From contig JBIOZG010000035.1 in assembly GCA_044870765.1 (NCBI GenBank), positions 19,382 to 83,381 on the forward strand: a stretch of 64,000 nucleotides of DNA, in the 5' to 3' direction. Of this stretch, positions 19,077-29,402 are shown piece after piece. The stretch comes from Nitrososphaeraceae archaeon (GTDB lineage: Archaea; Thermoproteota; Nitrososphaeria; Nitrososphaerales; Nitrososphaeraceae). A model generated the notes under the pieces. It saw nothing but the letters and a program-made list of their open reading frames with translations. It was not told the origin of the DNA and did not search any database. A program made the translations under genes and the position numbers. The stretch's first letter is position 1, and the number at the start of each line of letters is the position of its first letter.

Positions 19077-20222
19077 ATGAAAAATAGATTAAGAATCACG
19101 GCAGTGATGACTATATTACTTATAGCCGGATTTATTATAACACCATTGCTCTCAAATCTGGCATATGCACAGTTATCTCAAAAAAAGGTATTTAGACTAG
19201 GATACTTTCCGAACATTAATCACGCGCAAGCATTAATCGGAGTAGGAAATGGAGACTATCAGAAAGTTTTAGGAAATAATATAGAGTTGAAGACTTTAAC
19301 GTTTAATGCTGGCCCCTCGGCTACAGAAGCCCTGTTGGCAAATCAAATCGATGCAGCGTACATAGGTCCAAACCCCACGGTCAATGGTTATGTAGTTTCT
19401 GAAGGTAAGGCTCTCAGAGTTATATCTGGAGTAGCAAGTGGCGGCGCTGTCTTTATAGTAAGAAATGATTCTGGTATTCAGTCTACAAAAGACTTTGCCG
19501 GTAAAAAATTCGCATCACCACAAATAGGAAACACCCAGGACGTAGCATTGAGGAAATATTTACTTGATAACGGATTCAAAACAAAGGACAAAGGTGGAAA
19601 CGTTGAGGTTCTGCCCATAAAGAATCCTGATATTTTGACACTGTTCTTAAAGAAAGAAATCGATGGAGCTTGGGTCCCTGAACCTTGGGGTGAAAAACTC
19701 ATCAAGGAAGGCAATGGTAGATTATTTTTGGATGAACGAAGTCTATGGCCTGCAGATAAATTTGTTACTGCAAACATAATCGTTAATCCCGAATATCTTA
19801 AAAATAATCCTGATGTAATAAAGAAGTTTTTGGAAGCACATGTAAATGAGACACAGTGGATAAATGGGCATAAAGAAGAAGCCTTGAAGACTTTCAATTT
19901 TGAACTAAAAAAACTTACAGGTCAAACTATTCCAGATGATCAACTAAAGGAAGCTTTCTCAAGGCTCGAGCTAACCTACGATCCCTTGCAAGAAACACTC
20001 ATCAAATCTGCAAACGATGCATTTGAAATAGGATATCTCGGAAAAACGAAACCTAACCTTAGTGGACTTTACGACCTGAAAATTCTCAATGAAATACTGA
20101 AAGAAAAAGGACTTCAAGGCATCACGGGCCCAGAAAATCAAACCACTGTTGGTAGTAACGCTTCTTCAGGAAACACGATACCCACATTGACAGCCAACTC
20201 GAGATATACAATCGTAGCATAG
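19077..20222 (+). CDS. Aliphatic sulfonate/nitrate-type ABC substrate-binding protein (SsuA-like)
   Basis: RLGYFPNINHA, FNAGP, YIGPNP, GNTQDVALR, WVPEPW; signal peptide. Confidence 0.9.
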   Translation: MKNRLRITAVMTILLIAGFIITPLLSNLAYAQLSQKKVFRLGYFPNINHAQALIGVGNGDYQKVLGNNIELKTLTFNAGPSATEALLANQIDAAYIGPNPTVNGYVVSEGKALRVISGVASGGAVFIVRNDSGIQSTKDFAGKKFASPQIGNTQDVALRKYLLDNGFKTKDKGGNVEVLPIKNPDILTLFLKKEIDGAWVPEPWGEKLIKEGNGRLFLDERSLWPADKFVTANIIVNPEYLKNNPDVIKKFLEAHVNETQWINGHKEEALKTFNFELKKLTGQTIPDDQLKEAFSRLELTYDPLQETLIKSANDAFEIGYLGKTKPNLSGLYDLKILNEILKEKGLQGITGPENQTTVGSNASSGNTIPTLTANSRYTIVA

Positions 20223-20422
20223 TGAGTGTAATTGAGCGAGGCGGCACACATCATAATTCCCTGTTCATCATATGTCATTTAGGAAAAATTAAATTGATCC
20301 TGTGAGTTGGAACATCTATATAGTATTAAAGAATATTTGATTTTGAGCTATAAATATATCAAATAAAAAATAAATTCAATTCGGCACTGTTATACATAAA
20401 GTTTTGATCGGTGAATTTATTA

Positions 20423-21685
20423 TTATTTTGGTTCTATGGATACGGCACACGAATTGGGGCCAGCCTCTAAATCGGGCATTTGCATATTGTCAAATGTTAG
20501 AATCCTCTTATTGATATCTATAATTGTCTTGTAGTTCATTGGTCTCGCTGGCAAGGTGTCAGTAACTAAATGTACAAATTCATCCTTGTTCATGGAAAGA
20601 AGCGTTACTTTTTTCTTTAGTGAACCGATCGTGTCAGTTATTGGGACAGCGTGCTTTAAACTAATTGAGCTTCCATTAAAGTGTGCAGGAAGTATCATGG
20701 TATTGTCTGGGAATTGAACTATCGTTTGGTGATAACTCTCGTATAGCATTTCTGCGTATTTTTTTGCTTCTTCCGTAAGGTCAGGTCGCCCTACACCATC
20801 TACGAATAGAGTATCTCCGGTGAATAAATACGAATACTGAGTATGGTTATCAGTGCTGTTCATTCCATCAGATTTATCAGAACCGGAATCAGAACCAGAA
20901 TGCTCTATCAAGAAAGAAAAACTACCATTCGTATGCCCTGGAGTGTGAATAGCTTTTAACCAAATTTTCTTTGATATTTCAATTTGTTCTCCATTTTTAA
21001 TGTACTTGATATTGATTTCAGTATTTTCACTATTGTATTCTTCAAGCGAACTGAAATATGCCTTTACTTCCTCATGTGCCTGTGCATTTATTGATTTAGC
21101 CAACTTTGCTACTCCAGATACATGATCTGCATGCTGGTGAGTATCAATTATTTTTATTATTTTCAATCCATTTTCCTTCGCAACATTTAGAAAAGCCTCA
21201 TAATTTTCACGACTTGGATCTATTACTACTGCCGTACTATCGTCTTTAGAAGATATAATGTATCCCATACATCCTTTGGATATTCTTCTGATTTGCCATA
21301 TTCTAAATGGAGCGTCATTAGGAACCACAATTTCTGCATCATCGTAGACTTTATTCCAACCCGCCATTCCTCCTCTGACACTTTTTACGTTATATCCTAA
21401 TTGATTGAGTAGCCTTGCTGCCATCATGGACCTGTTTCCGTGAGCACATAGTGTGACAATCTCTTTATCTTTTGGTATCTCTTTGAGCAAGTTAGAATCG
21501 TTCGTAAACAAGCGATCAACCGGAATCAATTTAGGATTTTGATGATTATCATATGATAACTTCCAAGATTCATATTCTTGAGGTGTCCTAACATCTAGAA
21601 TGAAAATATCTTCGTTATTATCTATTTTCTTTTTTAATTCAGTGGGGTCAATTTCTTGATTATTGCCTGTCCTTTGGCCATTCAT
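20423..21685 (-). CDS. Rhodanese + metallo-beta-lactamase (persulfide dioxygenase/glyoxalase II-like) fusion
   Basis: LDVRTPQEY, CAHGNRS; THQHADH, HTPGHT, FTGDTLF, GRPDL, GPNSC. Confidence 0.9.
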   Translation of the reverse strand: MNGQRTGNNQEIDPTELKKKIDNNEDIFILDVRTPQEYESWKLSYDNHQNPKLIPVDRLFTNDSNLLKEIPKDKEIVTLCAHGNRSMMAARLLNQLGYNVKSVRGGMAGWNKVYDDAEIVVPNDAPFRIWQIRRISKGCMGYIISSKDDSTAVVIDPSRENYEAFLNVAKENGLKIIKIIDTHQHADHVSGVAKLAKSINAQAHEEVKAYFSSLEEYNSENTEINIKYIKNGEQIEISKKIWLKAIHTPGHTNGSFSFLIEHSGSDSGSDKSDGMNSTDNHTQYSYLFTGDTLFVDGVGRPDLTEEAKKYAEMLYESYHQTIVQFPDNTMILPAHFNGSSISLKHAVPITDTIGSLKKKVTLLSMNKDEFVHLVTDTLPARPMNYKTIIDINKRILTFDNMQMPDLEAGPNSCAVSIEPK

Positions 21686-22046
21686 ATATTAGTATAGAAA
21701 TCGACTAACCACTTAAATAGATATTTATTATTACCCCTAAGTAACCAAAAACTTGCAACGCAGGAAGTTGTATAGATTCAAGGCTATCGCATTTAGACCA
21801 ACATTTTGAAAGTCAAACGCTACCAAAAAAGATATTGAGAATACTTACAAGTTTAAATTAAGATTTTAATATCAAATCAAATTCCCTCTAACTTACAAGG
21901 TCAGTATTAGTAAGTAGAGTATAATTTGGGATGCAAAATTAAATAAATATAAAGAACCTGATCGTGGCTAATCCATGCGCTATTCTTTGATATACCGTAT
22001 CACTATTGTCGCATTTTTGAATCATTTATCTTTTCGCAAATTCTGA

Positions 22047-22619
22047 ATGGTCTTGAATGCAACAAAAAACCTCAAGCAAGATCACGTTCTAGTAAATCGA
22101 CTTGGTAGAATAGCAAAGAAATGTTCTGATCTCTTATATGACAACTCAGATATTCCTATAGAAGATATCAAAATAATATCAATGCTTATTCAGGAATTTG
22201 TTGATAAATTACATCATGGTAAGGAAGAAAAGGCATATTTCCCACAAATGAACGAAAAAAATAACTTTTCTGAGGAGATACGAAAATTCTTAATAGAACA
22301 TGAACTGGGCAGAAGAATAGCAAAGATGTTAGTTCAAAGTTTAGTATCTTGGGAAGACGGACCTAATTCTAGGGAAAGAGTAGCTAGATTCTTGAAGGCA
22401 TATTCGGTATTCATAAGTACACATACTGAAAAAGAGGATTTATTCTTTGATCTTATTGAGGAAAATGGTATTCTCTCTGAAGAAGAACATTCTCAATTAA
22501 TAGGACGTTATAAATATTGTAATAGCGAGGTTGGAGGTAAAGTTAGAGTTGAACAAATGATAAAACTAATTGGATATCTTGAAGATAGAGTATGGATGAA
22601 AACTGATACTAATATATAG
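22047..22619 (+). CDS. Hemerythrin/HHE domain protein
   Basis: DH, HHGKEE, EHELGR, HTEKED. Confidence 0.9.
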   Translation: MVLNATKNLKQDHVLVNRLGRIAKKCSDLLYDNSDIPIEDIKIISMLIQEFVDKLHHGKEEKAYFPQMNEKNNFSEEIRKFLIEHELGRRIAKMLVQSLVSWEDGPNSRERVARFLKAYSVFISTHTEKEDLFFDLIEENGILSEEEHSQLIGRYKYCNSEVGGKVRVEQMIKLIGYLEDRVWMKTDTNI

Positions 22620-22804
22620 AGATTAATGCATAATTTTCATTATCCGGATCTATTCTCATGGCAGGTATTTCCATTAACAAAATAGCCTTTTTTGTGATTC
22701 ATTTATGTTTCAAAATGATATTTATTGATTCCAACCAAGTTCGAGAAGGGTTACTTTTCAACGACGATCCTACTAGTGAATAATAGTCATTAGATTCAAT
22801 TTGC

Positions 22805-22897
22805 ATGGACAGATTGAAAAAAGGAGTTAAAGTTTTAGATATTGGATGTGGAAGAGGATCGAAAGACTTCTTGGGTTCGTTCCCCCACATTCGCTAG
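22805..22897 (+). pseudogene. Class I SAM methyltransferase fragment
   Basis: MDRLKKGVKVLDIGCGRG (motif I) then stop 12 codons later. Confidence 0.65.
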
Positions 22898-23058
22898 TGT
22901 TTAAGGACGTGTTTGTGACCGTATCCAATTTAGGAACTGTTATAAATAGGCGGTACTACGCACGACGGGTGTAGACAGTGGTAAGTCGTTTATCTCTTCT
23001 CTCCAATTAGATGGATATTGAGGTTCTAACATCAACTTCATCTTAGCCGTTATACATA

Positions 23059-23175
23059 TCAGGTGCTTTCCTTTAGCTCAGTGTTTTTCAATCCACATGA
23101 CAAACACCTATATGATTTGAGCTTTTCAGTTTCCTTCTCACATACTAGATGCTCTCCACAACAAGGACATATCAT
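23059..23175 (-). CDS. 38-aa CPxCG-type zinc-finger micro-protein
   Basis: MICPCCGEHLVCEKETEKLKSYRCLSCGLKNTELKEST; below ORF-track cutoff. Confidence 0.75.
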   Translation of the reverse strand: MICPCCGEHLVCEKETEKLKSYRCLSCGLKNTELKEST

Positions 23176-23254
23176 AATTATATGATATTAAGAATTGCCG
23201 TACTTTATGAATTGTGCAGCAGATAAATGCTAATTTAGACAAGATAAAAAACGA

Positions 23255-23752
23255 TTATGTCAATTTGGCATTTATTTCATTAATTAATCTCGAAATTCGT
23301 TTCATATGACTGCCTGCCCAATAAATCTTGTTACATTTTGTGCATTTGTAGAATATTTTATGGGATTGCAATAACTGGTCTGAAAGTTTGTTATTGATCA
23401 AACTATTATCAGAAATTTTATCTATTTTACCATTACAACTAGTACATAAATAAGGGACTGTTGGCGAATTAATATATTTGATATTTAGAGTTCTAAAGAT
23501 AGTAACTAAGTTTTCTATTTCTGTTTCTTTGTAAGTAAGAATGGCAGCTATTCGTTTTTTCTTACATCTGTTAAACAATTCCTTGTCGCTTGTTAGTACT
23601 ATTCTTCCTAAGTAGTTTGATGAATTCAAAATATTTTCATCATCCAAATTAGAGTCATAAACTGTATCAAAACCAAATATTCTCAATTTCCTAGCAATTT
23701 TACCGAGCATGGCATCAGCAAGAAATGAAAATTCTTTGGTATTTCTTTCCAT
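23255..23752 (-). CDS. Mut7-C RNase domain protein
   Basis: FLADAMLGKIARKLRIFGFDT, CTSCN, CTKCNKIYWAGSH. Confidence 0.93.
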   Translation of the reverse strand: MERNTKEFSFLADAMLGKIARKLRIFGFDTVYDSNLDDENILNSSNYLGRIVLTSDKELFNRCKKKRIAAILTYKETEIENLVTIFRTLNIKYINSPTVPYLCTSCNGKIDKISDNSLINNKLSDQLLQSHKIFYKCTKCNKIYWAGSHMKRISRLINEINAKLT

Positions 23753-23888
23753 TGCTTTGTAATCTTATCCAAGGAAATATTAAATAAAATTATGCACCTT
23801 TAGGATTACGTCCGTATAGCAAATCATGCTATTTTCCAATTTATGCTCATTATTCGAAACGGACTGGTAAACTTGATCGAAGGACTTT

Positions 23889-24440
23889 TTAATTATTTGG
23901 TGTCCTTGCAACGGCATCAACAGTATAAGTAACGGTAAATGGTTCGCCACTTGTTTTATGAAAAACTAGAGCACTTCCAGTAAATTGTAATGAACCTGTA
24001 CTTATAGGCGTATCAGTTACTTTAACAGGGGTGTCAGTAAACAACGTCATTGTAGAAATGGCAACAGTCTTATTGTTAGGTAATGTTGCATGATACGGCT
24101 CGCCGTGTTCAGCATCTACGGCTGATTGAGGATTGTAACCATGTAATACCTCTATTTCTATGGGTTTACTTGCAGTAAATGTTACCGTACCAGTCCAGAT
24201 CTTACTATCATTTCTCAATGGTAGAGCAAAAATAATCTGATGTGGAACTTTGCCATGAGGTGTGACCGTTGGAGAGGCTGGATTTGACATTTCTGTCTTC
24301 TGTCCAACATACCTTTCATCAGATATTGTAGCATTGGACACAAAAGCTGCAGATAGCTGAGATTGAACCGATGATCCCACAGCAGCCATAATGACCAAAA
24401 TTATGAGAATTGATTGAACTCCTAATTGTAACTTGTTCAT
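23889..24440 (-). CDS. Secreted hypothetical protein
   Basis: Signal peptide; several His (PHGKVPHQ, EHGEPYH). Confidence 0.8.
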   Translation of the reverse strand: MNKLQLGVQSILIILVIMAAVGSSVQSQLSAAFVSNATISDERYVGQKTEMSNPASPTVTPHGKVPHQIIFALPLRNDSKIWTGTVTFTASKPIEIEVLHGYNPQSAVDAEHGEPYHATLPNNKTVAISTMTLFTDTPVKVTDTPISTGSLQFTGSALVFHKTSGEPFTVTYTVDAVARTPNN

Positions 24441-24545
24441 GCGAATCGAAAGAATTAATGAAATAATTAATTGTTTCTATAAGAAATGCCAAACTTTGTT
24501 CGGCCTAGGGTCAAATTACTACCATAGAATAACCCCGGTTATCTG

Positions 24546-24965
24546 TTAGAACCAAATATTATCCAAGTCCGTCCTCTTTCGTATCGCAATATGAGTAAAG
24601 TCTTCTTTATTATTCATGCATCCATGCCAATGCAAAATAAAAGCCGGAACGCAGATTACATCACCCTTTTCCATCATGATGGTACTTTCAACTTCTATCT
24701 CTGTTTTAGTAATTTGATCTGGATCGATCTTTATTCTTTTTGCGAATACTACTACACCCTTTCCCTCAGTGGCAATCAATATCTGTTCTGAAGCATGTAT
24801 GTGCGGCCTAGTTCTACAGCCAGCCTTAAAAGTCACATTATACATTTCCTGTTCGCTTGAATCGTCTTTATCTAATACACTCTTGATTACAAAATCTCCT
24901 GTGAATTTATCTTTGTATTTTTCTGTTGGCTCTACTTTTATAGATACAATGCTTTTTTTGTGCAT
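24546..24965 (-). CDS. Cupin domain protein
   Basis: RTRPHIH..EQIL, HWHG, FTHIAI. Confidence 0.9.
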   Translation of the reverse strand: MHKKSIVSIKVEPTEKYKDKFTGDFVIKSVLDKDDSSEQEMYNVTFKAGCRTRPHIHASEQILIATEGKGVVVFAKRIKIDPDQITKTEIEVESTIMMEKGDVICVPAFILHWHGCMNNKEDFTHIAIRKRTDLDNIWF

Positions 24966-25179
24966 TATTACTTCATGTCATACCCAATTATAAAAACTAG
25001 TTTGGAAGGTAATTGAGAGTAAATTGTTTTTGCCAAGAGTACTGCTACGAACTATAGAATTCAGAAAAATTTCGACAATTCTGACATTTTCAACTTTATA
25101 TACAAACGACATCAGGAGCAAGAGTAGCATTCCATATGATAAGACCACAACTCCTTTTGGTTTGCTTTCGCATGATTGA

Positions 25180-26055
25180 TCATGCGCTAGTATACTTCTT
25201 AAGAAATGACAATGTCTTTTGCCATGCGTCTTGAGTTTCCTTCGGAGCGTAATTATCGCCTGATGGATTTGCAAATGCGTGATCAACTCCTTTGTAAATA
25301 TAGATCTCATTTGGTGTGCCATTTGATTTTAAAGCTGATTCAAACGCCTTTACTGTGTCAACTTGTATAGACATATCCTGATCTCCGAATATACCCAATA
25401 CAGGCCACTTTATACTTGCGAGGGTTGCATTATCTGTTACCAAACGGCCGTAATAGATAATAGTTGCAGCCAATGGATGATCCTGGCTGTTTAGGGCAAG
25501 CTGTAAAGATTGCCCTCCTCCAAAACACCACCCTAATGATACTATCTTCTCCGGATTTACATTCGGAAGTGAAGACAGGTATTTAACCGCTGATTTTAAA
25601 TTAGAGGTCGCTATATCTTGATTATCCCTAATCTGTTGGGTTAACTCAGATGAACGGTTTCGATCAGTGGTAACCTCACCTTTAAATAAATCTACGGCCA
25701 GTACAACATATCCATTTTTAGCCAAAAGATTTGCCATATTTTTGATATTCTCATTTAGTCCTTTGTTTTCATGGATCATGACGACTCCAGGAAGCTTCAT
25801 GTTGCTATTAATTTCACTATTGTTAGCGTTTAGTTTACTTGGAAATACGAGATACCCATGTGCCTGATTAAAATAATCAATAGTTTTATTTTCTAATTGA
25901 ATATCAGCGCCAGAAAGATCGGATTTTGTGAGATCAGTAACATTTGTTACTATATTAGAAGTCTGACCGCTTATTAGTTTCACTGAGCTTCCCGATACTA
26001 AAACTGAACTAACTAGAACAACCAGAAACAAAATTCTTAGATATATTTTATTCAC
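25180..26055 (-). CDS. Dienelactone hydrolase family protein with signal peptide
   Basis: IHE..GLN, GWCFGG, HAFANPSG. Confidence 0.93.
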   Translation of the reverse strand: MNKIYLRILFLVVLVSSVLVSGSSVKLISGQTSNIVTNVTDLTKSDLSGADIQLENKTIDYFNQAHGYLVFPSKLNANNSEINSNMKLPGVVMIHENKGLNENIKNMANLLAKNGYVVLAVDLFKGEVTTDRNRSSELTQQIRDNQDIATSNLKSAVKYLSSLPNVNPEKIVSLGWCFGGGQSLQLALNSQDHPLAATIIYYGRLVTDNATLASIKWPVLGIFGDQDMSIQVDTVKAFESALKSNGTPNEIYIYKGVDHAFANPSGDNYAPKETQDAWQKTLSFLKKYTSA

Positions 26056-26374
26056 ACATGATTATACTAGATATTGTTTATATTTTTTATGCAATCCTAT
26101 TACATTTATGAACACAAATAGTCAATCATACTGCGTATATTTAGAATATCGAGATTTCAAAACTAAAATATTGTGCAGTTGGAGGTCAGGGTAATACACG
26201 GGAAAATACTAGTAAAAGATAATGTTATAACGGAACAGAATATAGTTAATAATTGTTGGTAACAATAAAATACTTGAAACCAACATCTTTAATATCGTAA
26301 AGATTTTTTTATCGCAAAGTAAGAACAAAGGACCGATTCTTTTTTATAACACGTTAAATAAATCTATTACAAAA

Positions 26375-26752
26375 ATGAGAGAAAAATTTAGTCTATTAAG
26401 GTATGGTGCTGCCGGTAGTACTTTTATTGCAGGCATATTGCATCTGTCTTTGGTTGCAAATTCTATTGACAGAAACTTTAATACAGGTTTACTATTCTTA
26501 ATCGGAGGACTGGCTCAAATATTTTGGGTTCTTCCTACTATGAGAGGATGGAATAAAGCCTGGTATTACGTTGGTATCGCAGGAACTCTGACTTTTATAA
26601 TTATTTGGGCTATTACAAGGTTTCCGGGAAATCCAATTAATGGTAGAGGGGGATCAATAGGTGAAACCGCAATTGTAATAGAAATATTTCAAGTAGCATT
26701 TGTCATCTTGAGCATAATAATCCTGGCTAGGGATCCAAAGCTTCGTAACTAG
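26375..26752 (+). CDS. Membrane protein, unknown function
   Basis: Four hydrophobic segments, AGILH and TRFPGNPI motifs. Confidence 0.8.
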   Translation: MREKFSLLRYGAAGSTFIAGILHLSLVANSIDRNFNTGLLFLIGGLAQIFWVLPTMRGWNKAWYYVGIAGTLTFIIIWAITRFPGNPINGRGGSIGETAIVIEIFQVAFVILSIIILARDPKLRN

Positions 26753-26898
26753 GTATATTCGCATAGGCAATATACCTAATCATACTAGATACCTTTTACC
26801 ATACTATTAAAAGATGAAAATAAATATCGATTCTTCTTCACAGTAACAACAGAACTACAAACCGATAATTAAGATTCGATGGTGGTAACTATTTTGTC

Positions 26899-27081
26899 TT
26901 AGGATTTGTGTATATGCGCTTTGATTTTTTCCTGCATTTCGGGTTTTAGCACGTCCTCACGTGTATAACCATGATCCTTTATTGCATGTTCTATCAAATT
27001 ATCCATTAGTTCATTTTCAGTTTCGCCCTTTCCTACATAATCGCAGTCGACTCCCACTTCTCTACATGATACCGATAACAT
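26899..27081 (-). CDS. DUF1059 small metal-binding protein
   Basis: CREVGVDCDYV..GETENELM...EHA..DHG. Confidence 0.9.
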   Translation of the reverse strand: MLSVSCREVGVDCDYVGKGETENELMDNLIEHAIKDHGYTREDVLKPEMQEKIKAHIHKS

Positions 27082-27504
27082 TGTAAAATTATAATTGGAA
27101 ATACTATTTAAGTATGTAATATGCAAACAATGTAGTTCCCGTTCTGGAGAATTACTATTTGAATTTTCTAGTTTAGTTACATTATATTAAACATCCAATT
27201 AAACGCCTGATTAATTTATTAGAATTTACAAATTATAAACCGAAACCAAGTAGAAGATTTTATTAGAATATCGCCAATTCAAGTTCAACAATAAATGCAA
27301 GAGCGTGCTTTTGCACATATGGCTGTAACTATTTTTTCATTATTTTCCATAATAGATGACTCGTATCAAAAATAAAAGTTAGAATTATACAAGCGTCAGG
27401 CTTAAACTAGTCAGTAAAGAAATAAAGAGCCGAAAGCAGTAAGCTGTTAGAGGAGAAGTGAAAGAAAAGTTAACCGATATCTCCGCTAAAAAGGTTCAAT
27501 ATTG

Positions 27505-28059
27505 TTAATTTTGAAATGAAGGTCTGTTCCCCAATAGCGAACTTACTGTTGGCGTATCTTTGAGATCGAGATTGACGGTAAGTATGTTTGACAATGCTCT
27601 AGACTTTGTTAAGTCGGTGAATGTGATATTGGCAACCACACTTTCTATCGACTTGTCTTGGAAATTAGTCTTAAGTAATTGTACCCCACCATCACTCTCT
27701 GCAGTAAAACCATTAGGAAATGAAGTAGTCTTCAGAAATGATCCATTTGGGGCAAACACTGCCATTACTGCGTTTATCATTTTATTTTTTAGCGATTCAT
27801 CTTCAACTGTATATTTCACATTTACTCTAACTTGGTTTGCGTCCGTATTTGTTAGTGGTACAAAGCTGGAATTGCCTAACGAGATAGCTATTCCCTGGCT
27901 ATTTTGTGCGAATGAGGAATGTGTCAAAACCATTGTATCACACAGGACAAAAATTGACAAGACCAAGCCTAACAGAACCATATATTTAGTTAAATTGAAC
28001 ATTGTTTTTATCAGTCCAAGATACTTTATCCTACCTAAATAAAAAATCTTTCTTAACAA
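27505..28059 (-). CDS. Secreted hypothetical protein (start may be about 28002)
   Basis: Signal-like segment ending SSFAQ; beta-rich domain. Confidence 0.75.
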   Translation of the reverse strand: MLRKIFYLGRIKYLGLIKTMFNLTKYMVLLGLVLSIFVLCDTMVLTHSSFAQNSQGIAISLGNSSFVPLTNTDANQVRVNVKYTVEDESLKNKMINAVMAVFAPNGSFLKTTSFPNGFTAESDGGVQLLKTNFQDKSIESVVANITFTDLTKSRALSNILTVNLDLKDTPTVSSLLGNRPSFQN

Positions 28060-28082
28060 TATCCGTTTAGAATTTTCTTAAA

Positions 28083-29057
28083 TTATTTTTTTGAGACTGC
28101 ATGGTCGGATACAAATGCCTTAACAACCCTGTTCCACGCCATCGCCAAATTCTGTGTGTTGTAGCCTCCTCCACCAAGGCCAATAATTCTACAATGAGAT
28201 CTCTCGTGCGCGAAGTTATGCATAAATCGAGCAGCATATTCATGTGATTTCTCAGTATATTTCAAATGTGTTAAGGGATCCCCAGATAAGCCGTCTGCCC
28301 CGCATTGCATTATTATGAGCTCAAAATTCATAGAATTAATGAAATTTTCAATTTTCATAAATGCCGAAATAAAGTCATTATCTGTAGCACCAGGGGGCAG
28401 TGATAAGTTTAGCTTTGTACCCTTTCCTGCTCCTGAACCATTTTCTGATTCAAATCCTGTTCCAGGATATAAGTATGAACCGTCCTCGTGAATATCGGCT
28501 ATGAACAAATCAGGATCTTGCTCAAATTCGTAGTACACGCCATCTCCATGATGAGCATCAATATCAATATACAGTATTTTCCTCAAATCATATTTCTTTC
28601 TGGCATACATTATGGCAACTCCTATGTCATTAAATACACAGAAACCTCCTGCTGCATTCCTTCGTGCATGATGCAGACCTCCGATTGGATTAAATGCATG
28701 GATAATCCCGTCGGTATTATTAATTACAGTATCAAGGGCTAATAATGTAGATCCTACTACATACAAAGAAGCATCAAATACTCCCTTGAAGGAAGGTGTA
28801 TCACCGGAGTCAAGATATCCTATTCCCTCTATTGAGGATTTTTTTACAAAATTGATATAGTCTTTGTCATGAAAATAAGATATTATACGTTCATCTGTTA
28901 TGGCAGGGGAAATTACTTTCAGATTATCAGAGCTAATGTCCGGTGATTGAGTGATTTTTGACCAAAAGGCATCCAGTCTACGAGAATTAAATGGATGTTT
29001 CTCACCAAAGGTATAATTTGAAAGCTCCTTACCTAACACAACGGCAGTATTACACAT
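28083..29057 (-). CDS. Histone deacetylase/AcuC family deacetylase
   Basis: GGLHHA, GFCVFND, DIDAHHGDG, GADGLSGDPL, GGGGY. Confidence 0.95.
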   Translation of the reverse strand: MCNTAVVLGKELSNYTFGEKHPFNSRRLDAFWSKITQSPDISSDNLKVISPAITDERIISYFHDKDYINFVKKSSIEGIGYLDSGDTPSFKGVFDASLYVVGSTLLALDTVINNTDGIIHAFNPIGGLHHARRNAAGGFCVFNDIGVAIMYARKKYDLRKILYIDIDAHHGDGVYYEFEQDPDLFIADIHEDGSYLYPGTGFESENGSGAGKGTKLNLSLPPGATDNDFISAFMKIENFINSMNFELIIMQCGADGLSGDPLTHLKYTEKSHEYAARFMHNFAHERSHCRIIGLGGGGYNTQNLAMAWNRVVKAFVSDHAVSKK

Positions 29058-29191
29058 TATCTTTTTTTTGGGGTCGAAGTATTAGTAGATTATCCGCAAA
29101 GTAACGGCAGCAGTATGGTTGAGGTCATGGAACTAATTTTGGCCTTTCAAAAATGCTTTATAGTACAATTACCCATTCATACAAGATCAAA

Positions 29192-29305
29192 ATGTGCTAT
29201 GAATTTGAAATCCCGGAGAATGTAAAACTAACAAACAAAAAAGCACTGGAAAAGGAAGATAATGAAGCCGAACTCGAGCTAGAGCCAATTAAGGTATCAA
29301 ATTAG
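29192..29305 (+). CDS. 37-aa acidic micro-protein (MCYEFEIPEN...EPIKVSN)
   Basis: tttatagt about 30 nt upstream, T-rich tract downstream; below ORF-track cutoff. Confidence 0.5.
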   Translation: MCYEFEIPENVKLTNKKALEKEDNEAELELEPIKVSN

Positions 29306-29402
29306 ACTTTCCTTTTCTTTTATTTAACCAATAATGATGGTGCCTTTTGTACTGACAGAGGTGCGGTATGGATTATAGCACGCAGCATTTTGGCGAATTT
29401 TA

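Noticed and set aside
22872-22887. gggttcgttcccc resembling a tRNA T-arm or att site
   Set aside because: No rest of tRNA and no match to the tRNA-His in the window
23050-23175. Possible IS200/IS605 (TnpB) tail
   Set aside because: Explained by a complete small zinc-finger ORF; no RuvC motif or terminal hairpin
24978-25322. 114-aa ORF overlapping the dienelactone hydrolase end
   Set aside because: Out-of-frame overlap, no motifs
27560-28042. 160-aa + strand ORF and other antisense ORFs in the track
   Set aside because: Shadows of better-supported genes on the opposite strand
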